Assembly: GCA_964016885.1 (NCBI GenBank)
Contig: OZ024744.1
Coordinates: 94,488,001 to 94,552,000, forward strand
Direction: 5' to 3'
Source: Eledone cirrhosa
Lineage: Eukaryota
Length of the DNA: 64,000 nucleotides
Shown: positions 50,631-61,600 of the stretch, in pieces
How positions within the stretch are numbered: the first letter of the stretch is position 1
Layout: every line of letters begins with the position of its first letter
Program-made: the position numbers and the translations under genes
The notes under the pieces: model-generated
What the model was told of the DNA's origin: nothing
The model's database searches: none
Seen by the model: the letters and a program-made list of their open reading frames with translations, nothing else

Positions 50631-50816
50631 GGATTGGCAGTATCGGTAGAGGGTCGGACACTATGCTTTGACGCATAGAGTTACGGCCCTTGCCATTCTG
50701 AGTTCAAATCCCGCCGAGGTTAACTTTGCTTTTCATCCTAACGGGGTCGATAAAATAAAGTAACAGTAATGCACTGGGTAATTGCTGGCCTTGTGCCAAA
50801 AGTAGAAACAATTATT
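50631..50816 (+). mobile_element. SINE family 1 copy
   Basis: ggattggcagtatcggtagagggtcgg...gagttcaaatcccgccgagg...gaaacaattatta. Confidence 0.8.
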
Positions 50817-50959
50817 ACCATTCCTAGAAAATATGATCCAACATGCAAACTTTAAATGGCTGGTTTTCTCATATATTATTTCTACAGTGTGTAAATACAC
50901 TCTCCTAAAACTTCCTGATAAAAAAGGTAATGATGCTAATAATTTTAGATACTGTACAT

Positions 50960-51320
50960 GCTCATGTGAGATTGAGAAATGGCACCAAAGGGGCTCCCAT
51001 AGGGAGTGCATGACTCCGGCAGCCAGGCCACATTTGCAGTTGATCTCTGGGGTCAGGTCTCCATTGCTGGTGACAGTTGAACCCAGGTAAATGAAGGAGC
51101 TGACAAACTCCAGGGCATTGGGGCAAATATGAAGCGAAGGTGGATCCAGGACTATTGCCGGCATGCATCAGGTTTGACTTCGCCCAGCTTACCTGAAGGC
51201 CAAGCTTTGCTGACTTCTCTCAGTATATGGTCAGTGAGTCTGAGCTGATTGATCGAGTTGCTGAATAGGGATGGTGTCGTCTGTATACTCCAGGTCAGTT
51301 AGGGATCGTTGGCTTAGGAT
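50960..51320 (-). mobile_element. Decayed LINE RT fragment (RTE-like, different subfamily)
   Basis: LTDLEYTDD (YADD equivalent); LEFVSSFIYLGSTVTSNGDLTPEIN. Confidence 0.75.
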
Positions 51321-51499
51321 GACCTCAGCCTCATTGAGCAAGAAAAAGACATGCTCATGCTTATCTTGGTGGTGACTAACTTGCCAATAATGATGGTTAG
51401 GACAAAGGAATGTAAGAAACATCAAGAATTATGACCTCAAGTCTGCTGTATTTAACTCAGCAGCTTCATAAAAGGCATTGAAAACAAATCACTCTCGGC

Positions 51500-52131
51500 C
51501 AGCGGTTGCCAACCAGTGTTCCGCGAACCACGAACCACTGTTTGCCCAAGAGAAAATTTTGGTGGTCAACAGAAATATTTGGATATTATTTGCAATTTTT
51601 ATGTTTTATTAATAATAAAACAAAAGTATTATTTGGTTAAAATATATTTTATAACACCCCTAAAACATGTTTCTCCTCAGTAAAGAACTAACATCCATGA
51701 AAGAATTTTATACATATGTATCATCTATCGACAATATAACACACGTACACTTCAATATTGTTTAATAAAATGGTAGTTCTCTGATCATTATTTTACAAAT
51801 GTACGGGTGGTGGATTGGCAGTATCGGTAGAGTGTCGGACTCCATGCTTTGCAAGCATAAAGTTACGGCCCTTTATGATCTGAGTTCAAATCCCGCTAAA
51901 GTTAACTTTGCCTTTCATCCTTACGTGGTCGATAAAATAAAGTACCAGTCACAGACTGGGGTCGATTTAATCGACTCTCCCCTCCCCCAAAATTGCTGGC
52001 CTTGTGTCTATATAAGAAACCATTATTTTACAAGTGTATTTATCTTTTTTTTTAAATTCATATTAGTGGTCTGCGGGATTTAAAATTAAGAATTTAGTGG
52101 TCCATGAGGTCCAAAAGTTTGGGGACTGCTG
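51500..52131. mobile_element. Non-autonomous hAT (Charlie/Buster-like) element with a nested SINE (~51808-52027)
   Basis: TIRs cagcggttgccaa / ttggggactgctg; 8-bp TSD ctctcggc vs ctctaggc. Confidence 0.75.
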
Positions 52132-52366
52132 CTCTAGGCAATGTTTGGACAAAAATATCTTCTGTACAATGTGGTGGTAGAATACAATTTTGAAGAATTC
52201 AAGGCAAAGGGTTTTCATTATATATTTCAGATGGTGTGTGGCATAGTGGTTTGGGTATTGAACTCACAATTTTAAGGTTGTGGGTTCTATTCCCATGCTG
52301 TGAGTCCTTGAGCAAGGCACTTCATTTTATGTTTCTTCAGTTCATCATCATCATTATGTTCCTGCA

Positions 52367-52740
52367 ACTGGTGCAACCAGTCGTTAGGGTTCCACTCTAG
52401 ATGTGTCACTGGTGCAGCTAGTTGTTGGGGTGCCACTCTAGGTGTACCACTGGCGCAGCCAGTCATTGGGGTGCCACAATAGATGTGTTACTGGTGCAGT
52501 CAGTCATTGGGGTGCCACTGGTGCAGCCTGTCATTAATGTGCCACTCTAGAGATGCCACTGGGGCAGCCAGTCGTTGGGGTGCCACTGGTACAACCAGTC
52601 ATTGGGATGCTACTAGCGCAGCAACTCATTGGGGTGCCACTGGTACAGTCAGTCATTGGGGTGCCACTCTAGATGTGTCACTGATGCAGCCTGTTGTTTA
52701 TGTGCCACTGGTGCAGCCAGTCATTGGGGTGCCACTCTTG
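52367..52740. repeat. GC-rich degenerate minisatellite, 27-bp core with ~40-bp variants
   Basis: gccactggtgcagccagtcattggggt alternates with gccactctagatgt; about 10 units. Confidence 0.8.
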
Positions 52741-52789
52741 ACACTTTCACAGTCAGTTGTCACCAATTGTGTTTATTCTCTGTCATGAA

Positions 52790-53295
52790 TAGAAGGGTCT
52801 TGGTGTTGTGACCAGTCTTTGATATTGTCACACCAGGATTTTCTTTGTCTGCCTCTCCTTCACCCTCTGTCAACTATGCTCTGTTTGATAGTTTTTGACA
52901 CCAGGCAAGCTTCCGTCTTTTCACTATCACATGGAGTGGTTCCTGTTTGACATAATATGTATGAACTTGCTGCCTGACAAAACCATTTGTTTTGTGCTCC
53001 ATATATAGGATGTGTAGCATCTTTCTAGAGCACTGGATTCTTCGTTCCATGTCAGCTGTGAGAGTCCAGTACTCACACCCATACAGCAGGATCAAGTCAC
53101 CAAGGACTTGTATAGTTTGAGCTTCATTGAAAAACTGATGGAGTTGCTTTTCCTTATGATAGTCAACTTTACCATGGCAGAAGTGGCCAGGGCAAGTCTT
53201 GTCAGTATCTCCCTCTGAGGTCTGCCATCTTTGGTCAGAGTGGATTCTAGGTACTTGAAGGTATCCACTTCTTCAAATCTTCCCCTGTTTATGCT
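52790..53295 (-). mobile_element. RTE LINE C-terminal fragment (third subfamily)
   Basis: FEEVDTFKYLESTLTKDG...KLKLYKSLV / ILLYGCEYWTLTADMERRIQ...VKRRKLAW. Confidence 0.82.
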
Positions 53296-53940
53296 GGAAA
53301 TGATTACCAGAGACAGCTGTGACAAACTGCTGTTCTATTTTATACTCTTGGGTCACTTATTGGTTCACCCACGAAACTGGGATAAAATTTCAACCCATAT
53401 AAGCATGAAAATGCAGTTATAAAATGACAACTCACACCCTCTCATAACTCCAAAGGGTAAACGAAACAGATGTAACAGGAACAGATATTATAGATGTGAG
53501 AATTTGGCTAGAAGACACAGGGCATGAGATGACTCTGGATACTAAGTTTTAACAATAAGAAATACCAAATGAAGTTCTTGTTAGGGACAGCAACAAAAGT
53601 AAGGATGATGAAGGCAATGAATCATTGCCTCACAAAACCCACTCTGTTATGCAAGAATCCCTGATGATATAATTTCGTATATTAACTTGCCATAAGAAAC
53701 TTACTTTTAGCTGTACATCTCAGTCTTAACTCTTTCATTCCTAAATTTATAATGAAAGACACTAAGATTTAAAAATAAAGAAGAAAAATGTAGGGATTTA
53801 GTAATATAACTAAAATTTTCACTATTTATATGATGTTTCTTACATAAAATAACGCTGCAAGGTTTTTAGATAGATATAAGCACTTTAAAACGTGCAGTGC
53901 TGAGTTATAGAAGCAAGGGTGTTTTTTTAAGTGTTTTTTT

Positions 53941-54710
53941 TTACCGAAAGGGTTAAAGTAACTCACGGTTTGGTACCGAAAAGGTTAAAAGGAACTCATG
54001 GTTTGGTACCGAAAGGGTTAAAGTAGCTCATGGTTTGGTTCCGAAAGGGTTAAAAGGGACTCATGGTTTGGTACCGAAAGGGTTAAAAGGAACTCACGGT
54101 TTGGTACCAAAAGGGTTAAAAGGAATTCATTGTTTGTATCGTAAGGGTTAAAAGGAACTCACGGTTTGGTACAAAAGGGTTAAAAGGAACTCACGATTTA
54201 GTGTCGTAAAGGTTAAAAGGAACTTATGGTTTGGTACCAAAAGGGTTAAAAGGAACTCAAAGTTTGGTACCGAAAGAGTTAAAGTAACTCACGGTTTAGT
54301 ACCGAATGGGTTTTGATACCGAAAGGGTTAAAAGGGACTCATGGTTTGGTACCGAAAGGGTTAAAAGGAACTCACGGTTCGGTCCCAAAAAGGTTAAAAG
54401 GAACTCATGGTTTGGTACCAAAAGAGTTAAAAGGAACTGACGGTTTGGTACAAAAGGGTTAAAAGAAAACTCGCGATTTAGTGTCGTAAGGGTTAAAAGG
54501 AACTCATGGTTTGGTACCAAAAGGGTTAAAAGGAACTAGTGGTTTGGTACCGAAAGGGTTAAAAGGAACTCACGGTTTGGTATCGTAAGGGTTAAAAGGA
54601 ACTCGTGGTTTGGTACCGAAAGGGTTAAAAGGAACTCACGGTTTGGTATCGTAAGGGTTAAAAGGAACTCATGGTTTGGTACCAAAAAGGTTAAAAGAAC
54701 TCACGGTTCG
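53941..54710. repeat. 32-33-bp minisatellite (~23 copies) built on a MITE terminal inverted repeat plus TTAA
   Basis: Unit ggtttggtaccgaaagggttaaaaggaactcac begins at the right end of a MITE-B-like element (~53730-53952). Confidence 0.9.
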
Positions 54711-55523
54711 CTATTCGGAAGCTGTACCACCAGAAATGTAAACAGCTGAAACACGACTTCGTCAAACAAGTCTTAATCAAACCAATTTGTCCCAACCTTG
54801 CTGTAACTGTGAAGCCTGCTGATGATATTGATAACCCAGCTACTGTTAACCTCAGTCATAGCAGTCGTCTATGAGTGGGAAGCAAGGATCGGTAGAATAT
54901 CAGAAGTTCTAACTAACTCACAATGATAAGTATTCACCTATCATAACTTAATCCCTGCACCTCCACCGCATCAAGCTCATCTGTCATCATCTCATTATAG
55001 GTAAATGACATTTTGACGCAATTTAAACTATTAACTTTTTAATATTTTTTTTCATACTGTAACATTAAATAATTTTATAATATGTATTTCTATGTTTAAC
55101 ATACTTATATGAGGTTTACAGTAGTATTGTCTGTAATTTTGATTTTGTTTATCATGTTCGGCTTAGTGTGTATATATATGTATGTAATACAAGTTAATAT
55201 AAATATATATATGTATGTATATTTTTCTATACTTATAACCACATACCATATTTATATCTCTTTTGGTACAAGACTAGCAATTTCACAATTTCAAGGGAAG
55301 GGGAAAGTCGTCTAAATCGATCTCAGTGCGTTACTGGTACTTTATTTTATTGACCCCCCTCCTCCCGTAAGTATGAAAGGCAAATCTATAACCTCGGCAG
55401 GGTTTGAACTCTGACGGTAAAGGGACATAAACACTAATTACCTGTCAACTTGGACAACCGGCTTAATCAGATTCACTTCCGCCTCTGTTAGTATGGGTTA
55501 ACGAGAGTTCATGTATGTATATA

Positions 55524-55555
<32 letters not shown>

Positions 55556-55566
55556 CATGAACTCTC

Positions 55567-55607
<41 letters not shown>

Positions 55608-55614
55608 TGAACTC

Positions 55615-55644
<30 letters not shown>

Positions 55645-55647
<3 letters not shown>

Positions 55648-55830
55648 TTTTAATATAGATGAGATTCTACAGGACTAGAACTGTTTCATTCTTGAGAAAT
55701 CATCAGAAATTCTCAAGAATGAAACAGTTCTAGTCCTGTAGAATCTCATCTATATTAAAACTTTTATACTCTGCTATGTATTGAGTACCTTACTTACTGT
55801 GGTTACCTCCGATTCAACCCGGAATAACTT
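55645..55830. mobile_element. Probable Penelope-like element terminal-repeat remnant with a perfect 54-bp inverted repeat
   Basis: Arms at 55645-55698 and 55710-55763 with an 11-nt spacer; contains a hammerhead core; sits in (TA)n. Confidence 0.55.
55661..55714 (-). ncRNA. Minimal type I hammerhead ribozyme motif
   Basis: Minus strand: gagaauuu CUGAUGA uuuc-ucaa-gaau GAAA cag-uucuaguc-cu GUA^ gaaucuc. All core nucleotides are present and stems I, II and III can form. Confidence 0.65.
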
Positions 55831-56344
55831 ACCTATATATATATGTATATAGGTTGACCCCCCACCCCAATGCATGCACACTTTGATTATCTGTACAGGC
55901 AATGCCTTCCCCCTTATGGGGTCGATAAAATACCAGTAATGCACCAAGATAATTGCTGGCCTTGTGCCAAAAATAGAAACAATTATTTATTAGAATGCTG
56001 TTGAAGTGTGTACACATTTTTTTAGGACACCTTGTATATATATATTTATATATATATTTATATCGTAGGTTCCTCGGTGGAACCGGCTATTATTACATCT
56101 TGAGTTCGTGGTCAGCATTGGTTAGGTGTAGATTTGTTTATGGTCAAGTTAAAGTAATAGACAATCTTAGTTACACACACAAACATAAATATATGTAAAA
56201 AATAAACAGAAATAACAAAGCAAACGACACAGTACAATGAAGAAATATATTAATTTAACACTTGAAATAATAGGAAAAATGTCTAAACGTATATATATAA
56301 CAAGACTCACCATTTAACCATAAAGTATTAATATACGTGTGTGA

Positions 56345-56383
<39 letters not shown>

Positions 56384-57339
56384 CACACACTCACACATCT
56401 ATATATATATTCATACTTTATGACTAAATGGTGAGTCTTGTTACTTTACTGTGCATTTCACTCAGATATAATAAATACATTATATTTTATTATATAATAT
56501 AATATATTATATATATATACATACATACACACACACAAACACGTGTTCTTTTTATCAACTAAGCTAGGTTTACATTTAGTCTTTCGTAGAAACCCCCCAA
56601 AAAACATCCTACATAAAAACCGGTCTGAAAACTCACCGAGAATGACAGAGTATGAAAATAAAAAAAATATATTAAATTAATAAATAACTACCCGTATTTT
56701 ACTTCAAAACATAATAAATAAAAGAAGAATGAAATATAATTTTTTTATTTTATTAGGAGAGTATTAAAAAAAAGAAGATAAAATGTAAGTTGGACGAACG
56801 TATCTTAGAAACGGTGCACATGATTGTTTATGTGAAATTACTACATTCTTTTGAGTTTATTGTCTGTAAGTATTCGTTGTAAATGATAGTATATATATAT
56901 ATATATATGTGTATGTATATACATACATACACACACACACACACACCCATATATATATGGGTGTGTGTGTGTGTGTGTGTGTAAGGCTGACCAAGATACT
57001 CTCATGGAATGACCAAATGAGGTTTATTTTTCAACATTAATCCCTGGAAAGAAACAATGTGCAGTTTATTATAATTTTATTTATAGAATATATCATGTAA
57101 ATAGTTTAATAGAAAAAGGAAAATTTAGATTGATTGAGAAGATTGGAATGCACTATTAATAAGAGTTGAAATTAATGCATTGCATGCAAGATTTCACAGC
57201 TCTAGCATCATTCATTCATAGTCAGCCTTTGAACTTTTCTCCGACCGTCGTATATTATATATATATAAGCCTCCAATTATATATATATATAGTGTGATAG
57301 TTCAGTTTCGTCTGGTCCCGTCTCGTCTTAATAGTTTTC

Positions 57340-58945
57340 TACTAATTTCTTTGTTTCTCTGTTCATACTTTCTCTCTTTCTCTATTCCTCTTACACACTC
57401 AATCAATTTCTTTCTATCTCTCTCTTACACTTTCTGTCTTTGTTTCTCCTTTTCTCTCACTCATACTACCTTTTAGCATTCTTTCTCTCTTTCTCCTTTT
57501 TCTGCTTTTCTCTCACTCACACTTCTCCTTTTTCTTTCTTTTTTCTCTCTCTCTTACACAATTTCTCCCTTTTTCTTCCAAACTTCTCACCGGCTCTATT
57601 TTTCTTTCTGTGCTTTTTTTGTACCAGTTATCACTGTACCCCACTCCCTCTATATCTATCAATCTCTCTGTCTCCTTCTGTGGGTTTAATTTTAACCCCT
57701 TTTGATACCAACCCGCCTATACTTCTGTAGTAATAATAAATAATTGTTTCTACTTTTGGCACAAGGCCAGCAAATTACCCAGTGCATTACTGGTACTTTA
57801 TTTTATCGACCTCGTAAGGATCAAAGGCAAAGTTAACCTTTATAATAATAATTGTTTCCAGCAAATAACTAGTGCATTACTGGAACTTTATTTTATCGAC
57901 CCCGTAAGCATACATTTTTAAAGTGTTCATATTCAAATCCAAACTTTCCAACATAATTTTGTCGTTAAGATATGATCTTAATACCATCCTAATAAATGAA
58001 TCAGTTACAATCAGTAATTTGGCTATTCATTGTTAACACATGGATTGTGTCTATTTCATTAGAAATATGGTAAAGATAGGGTTAACAGTCAAATCTTTGC
58101 TTTCTTCCTCTCTCTCTCTTTATATATATATTTATCTTTTATCCTCCTCTGTTGCAATTTCTTTCTTCTCCAGCAGCTTAGCTGCACAAATTGTTCTTAC
58201 TTAGTTTTAGTCTTTCTCTTCTCTTCCCCTTTTTCTCTCACACTCTATCTATCTTTATCTCTTTCTCTCTCTTCTCACTCTGTATTTCGCCACTTTATCT
58301 TCACCTGTGTCACCTCGTTCCTCTCTCTCTCACACACACTCTCTCTCTCATATCTTCACATCCATCACTCTGTCTTAAATCTCTCTCTCTCTCATATTTT
58401 CATATCTATCGCTTCGTCTTAAATCTTTCTCTCTCTATCATATCTATCGGTCTTAATTACTCTCTCTCTCTCATATCTTCATATCTATCGCTCTGTCTTA
58501 AATCTTCCTCTTCTCTTTCATATCTATCGCTCTCTCTCTCAAATCTTCATATCTCACGCTAAGGTTGAAATATTCTTTCTCTTTCCCTGTCTCTCTCTCC
58601 CTCACTCTCACTGAGCTTCCTTCCTTCTTCTCTCTGCTTTTCTTCCTGCGACTGCCGCTCCCTGTATCTTTGTGTCTCAAAAACTTGGCCGGATCCACGC
58701 GCGTGTACACACACATACACAAACTTACAAAGACACATACACTTACACATACATGCACTCGTAAACATCCAGATACAGACAGACGCACACTCACAGCCAC
58801 ACACACACACAAACAGACGCACACTCACTGCTAGCCACGCACACAGATAGACCGACAAACATATACACAACCACATTAAGTCAGACGCACGCAACCACAT
58901 TCAGACAGACGCACGCACACAGACGCACTGAAACACACACGCTTT
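57340..58945. repeat. Pyrimidine-rich (CT)n-derived and (CA)n-derived low-complexity tract with embedded MITE and SINE pieces
   Basis: Directly visible strand-biased composition; MITE-B/SINE at about 57695-58082. Confidence 0.6.
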
Positions 58946-59210
58946 TATCTACTAAACTATTTCACGCCGTAAAAGATATGTCTAGCGCATCCTTTCATTA
59001 TTTTTTATTGTATACCAGGTATGTTGTTAACTTGTTTGTACGTATATATTATAATATTCAATCGTATATACCATATATATATATATATATATGCATATAT
59101 AGCTATCTATGAGATTTATATGATATATATATATATAATTTGAAGGTTTGTGTGCAATATTTGGTATGTATATATTGTACGTTGTGTGAGTTTTTGGGTA
59201 TGTACATATG

Positions 59211-59251
<41 letters not shown>

Positions 59252-59332
59252 GCATATATATATATTGTTCAACCCCCTGATAGACTCATGTATATATAAT
59301 GTGTGTGCATATATATATATATGTTAAACCCA

Positions 59333-59367
<35 letters not shown>

Positions 59368-60037
59368 TGTTCAACCCTTTGAGAGACTCATATATGTATT
59401 ATATATATATATATATATTTGTCCAACCCCCTGGGAGACTCATGTATGTATTATATATATATATATTGTTTTTTCTTCTTCTTTAAAGTATATATTTGTA
59501 ATTATAATGTATCATTTCATGTCTCCTGCATTCTGTTTAACAAACGAAACTGCTTCCTATTCAAAAGTTGACCTGTCTGGATGTAGTGGATTCACACATT
59601 CTTTTGTAATAATAACTAAATGTTGTGTGAATGTAATGTTTAAAGAGATGGAGCAGAAGCAAAATACGGTTGCGATGCTCATTAAAAGAAAGATGTATTT
59701 TTGCTATTAATCTTTCTTCATTCGTAACCAAGTTCTGTTTATTTATCTTTTTATATGTGTTACATAAAAACATTCTTTCATTAGTCAGGTCTTTTCGTTT
59801 TCGCCCTTTATCAAAGGAAAGATTTATTATTATTAGTATTATTATTATTATTGCCTATCTGCTCATAGTAGTAGTAATAATAATAATTGTTTCTTCTTAA
59901 TGATGATGATAATAATAATATAATCTTTTATTTTTTGTAAGATCAAAGTGGGTGTGTATAGAGGTTTAATTACTATTTATGCTTCTAATTAAAATTGTTA
60001 TAGCTATATAAGCATATAGTAATATAGATCGTTGTAT

Positions 60038-60039
<2 letters not shown>

Positions 60040-60072
<33 letters not shown>

Positions 60073-60575
60073 ATATATATATGTAGGTATGCATATAAAT
60101 ATGTATGTATATATATAGGCATATATATATATATATGTAGGTATGCATATAAATATGTATGTATATATATATAGGCATATATATATATATGTAGGTATGC
60201 ATATGAATATGTATGTATATATATATAGGCATATATATATATATATATAGGCATATATATATATATATGTAGGTATGAATATGTATGTATATATATATAT
60301 GTATATATATGTAGGTAGGAATATGTATGTATATATATATATAGGCATATATGTATATATATGTAGGTATGAATATGTATGTATATATATATATAGGCAT
60401 ATATGTATATATATGTAGGTAGGAATATGTATGTATATATATATAGGCATATATGTATATATATACATGTAGGTATGAATATGTATATATATATAGGCAT
60501 ATATGTATATATATACATGTAGGTATGAATATGTATGTATATATATAGGCATATATGCGTATATGTAGGTATGTA
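60040..60575. repeat. Compound microsatellite-derived repeat (~50-bp unit: tataggcatata...tgtaggtatgaatatgtatg)
   Basis: Directly visible; about 10 units. Confidence 0.85.
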
Positions 60576-61339
60576 CCTATATGTGCATGTTAACCGGTTT
60601 ACAATAGCTACGCCGTATCTTAGTGTCGTAAAAGGCGATTGAAAGAGTTGGTGTTGAGAAGGGCATCTGACCATAAAGCAATGTCTGAAAAATGACCTCA
60701 TGGCGAGTATAATTAACATATGGACAGAATACAGCCTGAAGTATTTCTTGGGAGTCCCTACCCCCTTCTGTCAAGACTTAAGGTAGGAAATCCCGTTGAA
60801 ACAAGGGAGGAGTTTGGTTTATTTATGATGCTTAAATGCCTGATGTTCTTTGTGGAGACTGGTGTATATGTTTTGGGACATGGAATGTAGGGATGATGAC
60901 AGGGAGATCGGGAGAAGTGTATAGAGGTACTGAATAGAATAATAGTGGACATATGTTGTGGGCAGGAGACAAGGTGGAAGTAAGTGGTGCAAGAAAGGTA
61001 AGAGGAAGACAAGGACAGAATTACAACTTTGTCTGGCAATGATATCTTCATTTCTGTAGAGTTGGTAGATAGTATGGTGAGTGTCCAAGTGAAAGACAAA
61101 TTTTGGTCTGCACACATGAAAGACGAGTACGTTCATCATCATCATCATCATATTTACATTTTTCCCTGCTAGCAAGGGTTGGGCCAAGTCAGTACCGAAG
61201 GAGGGCCACTGACATCACAGACAGGCAGAGGAGAAGTTGTCTCTTTTGACACAAACTAAAGGACCCTCCCAACCCTTTGTTTGGTAAGCATTCTATGAAT
61301 GGATGCCCTTCCCAACACCAACCACTTTGCAGTGTGAAT

Positions 61340-61600
61340 GTTATTGTGATTTTAATGGACATTTGAGAAGGGGTATGGATGGCTTTGTGGGAGTCCATGA
61401 GGGTTACAGGTACGGTGTGAGGAATGAAGGGGGTGAAAGGAACTGGGAGTTAACTGATGGAGCTGAGATGTCAATCTGTAACACCCAGTTCCAGAAAGAA
61501 GACAACAAACTTATTAAGTACACATTAGTTGGGTTGTCAACTGTTGACTACCTGATGGTATATGGGCAAGATAGGAGGAGCCTTTGGTAATCCCAGGGAT
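61340..61600 (+). mobile_element. RTE LINE APE-endonuclease fragment
   Basis: DFNGHL...GVHEGYRYGVRNEGGER...ICNTQFQK...STVDYLMV (GDFN, NT.F and IDY motifs). Confidence 0.8.

Noticed and set aside
53662-53720. CTGATGA...GAAAC as a second hammerhead
   Set aside because: Stems I and III cannot be formed convincingly.
54705-54874. ~55-codon open frame after the 33-bp array
   Set aside because: No start codon, clear acceptor or recognisable homology.
58640-58710. Small CpG cluster as a promoter or first exon of another gene
   Set aside because: Too short, embedded in low-complexity sequence, and no supporting ORF.
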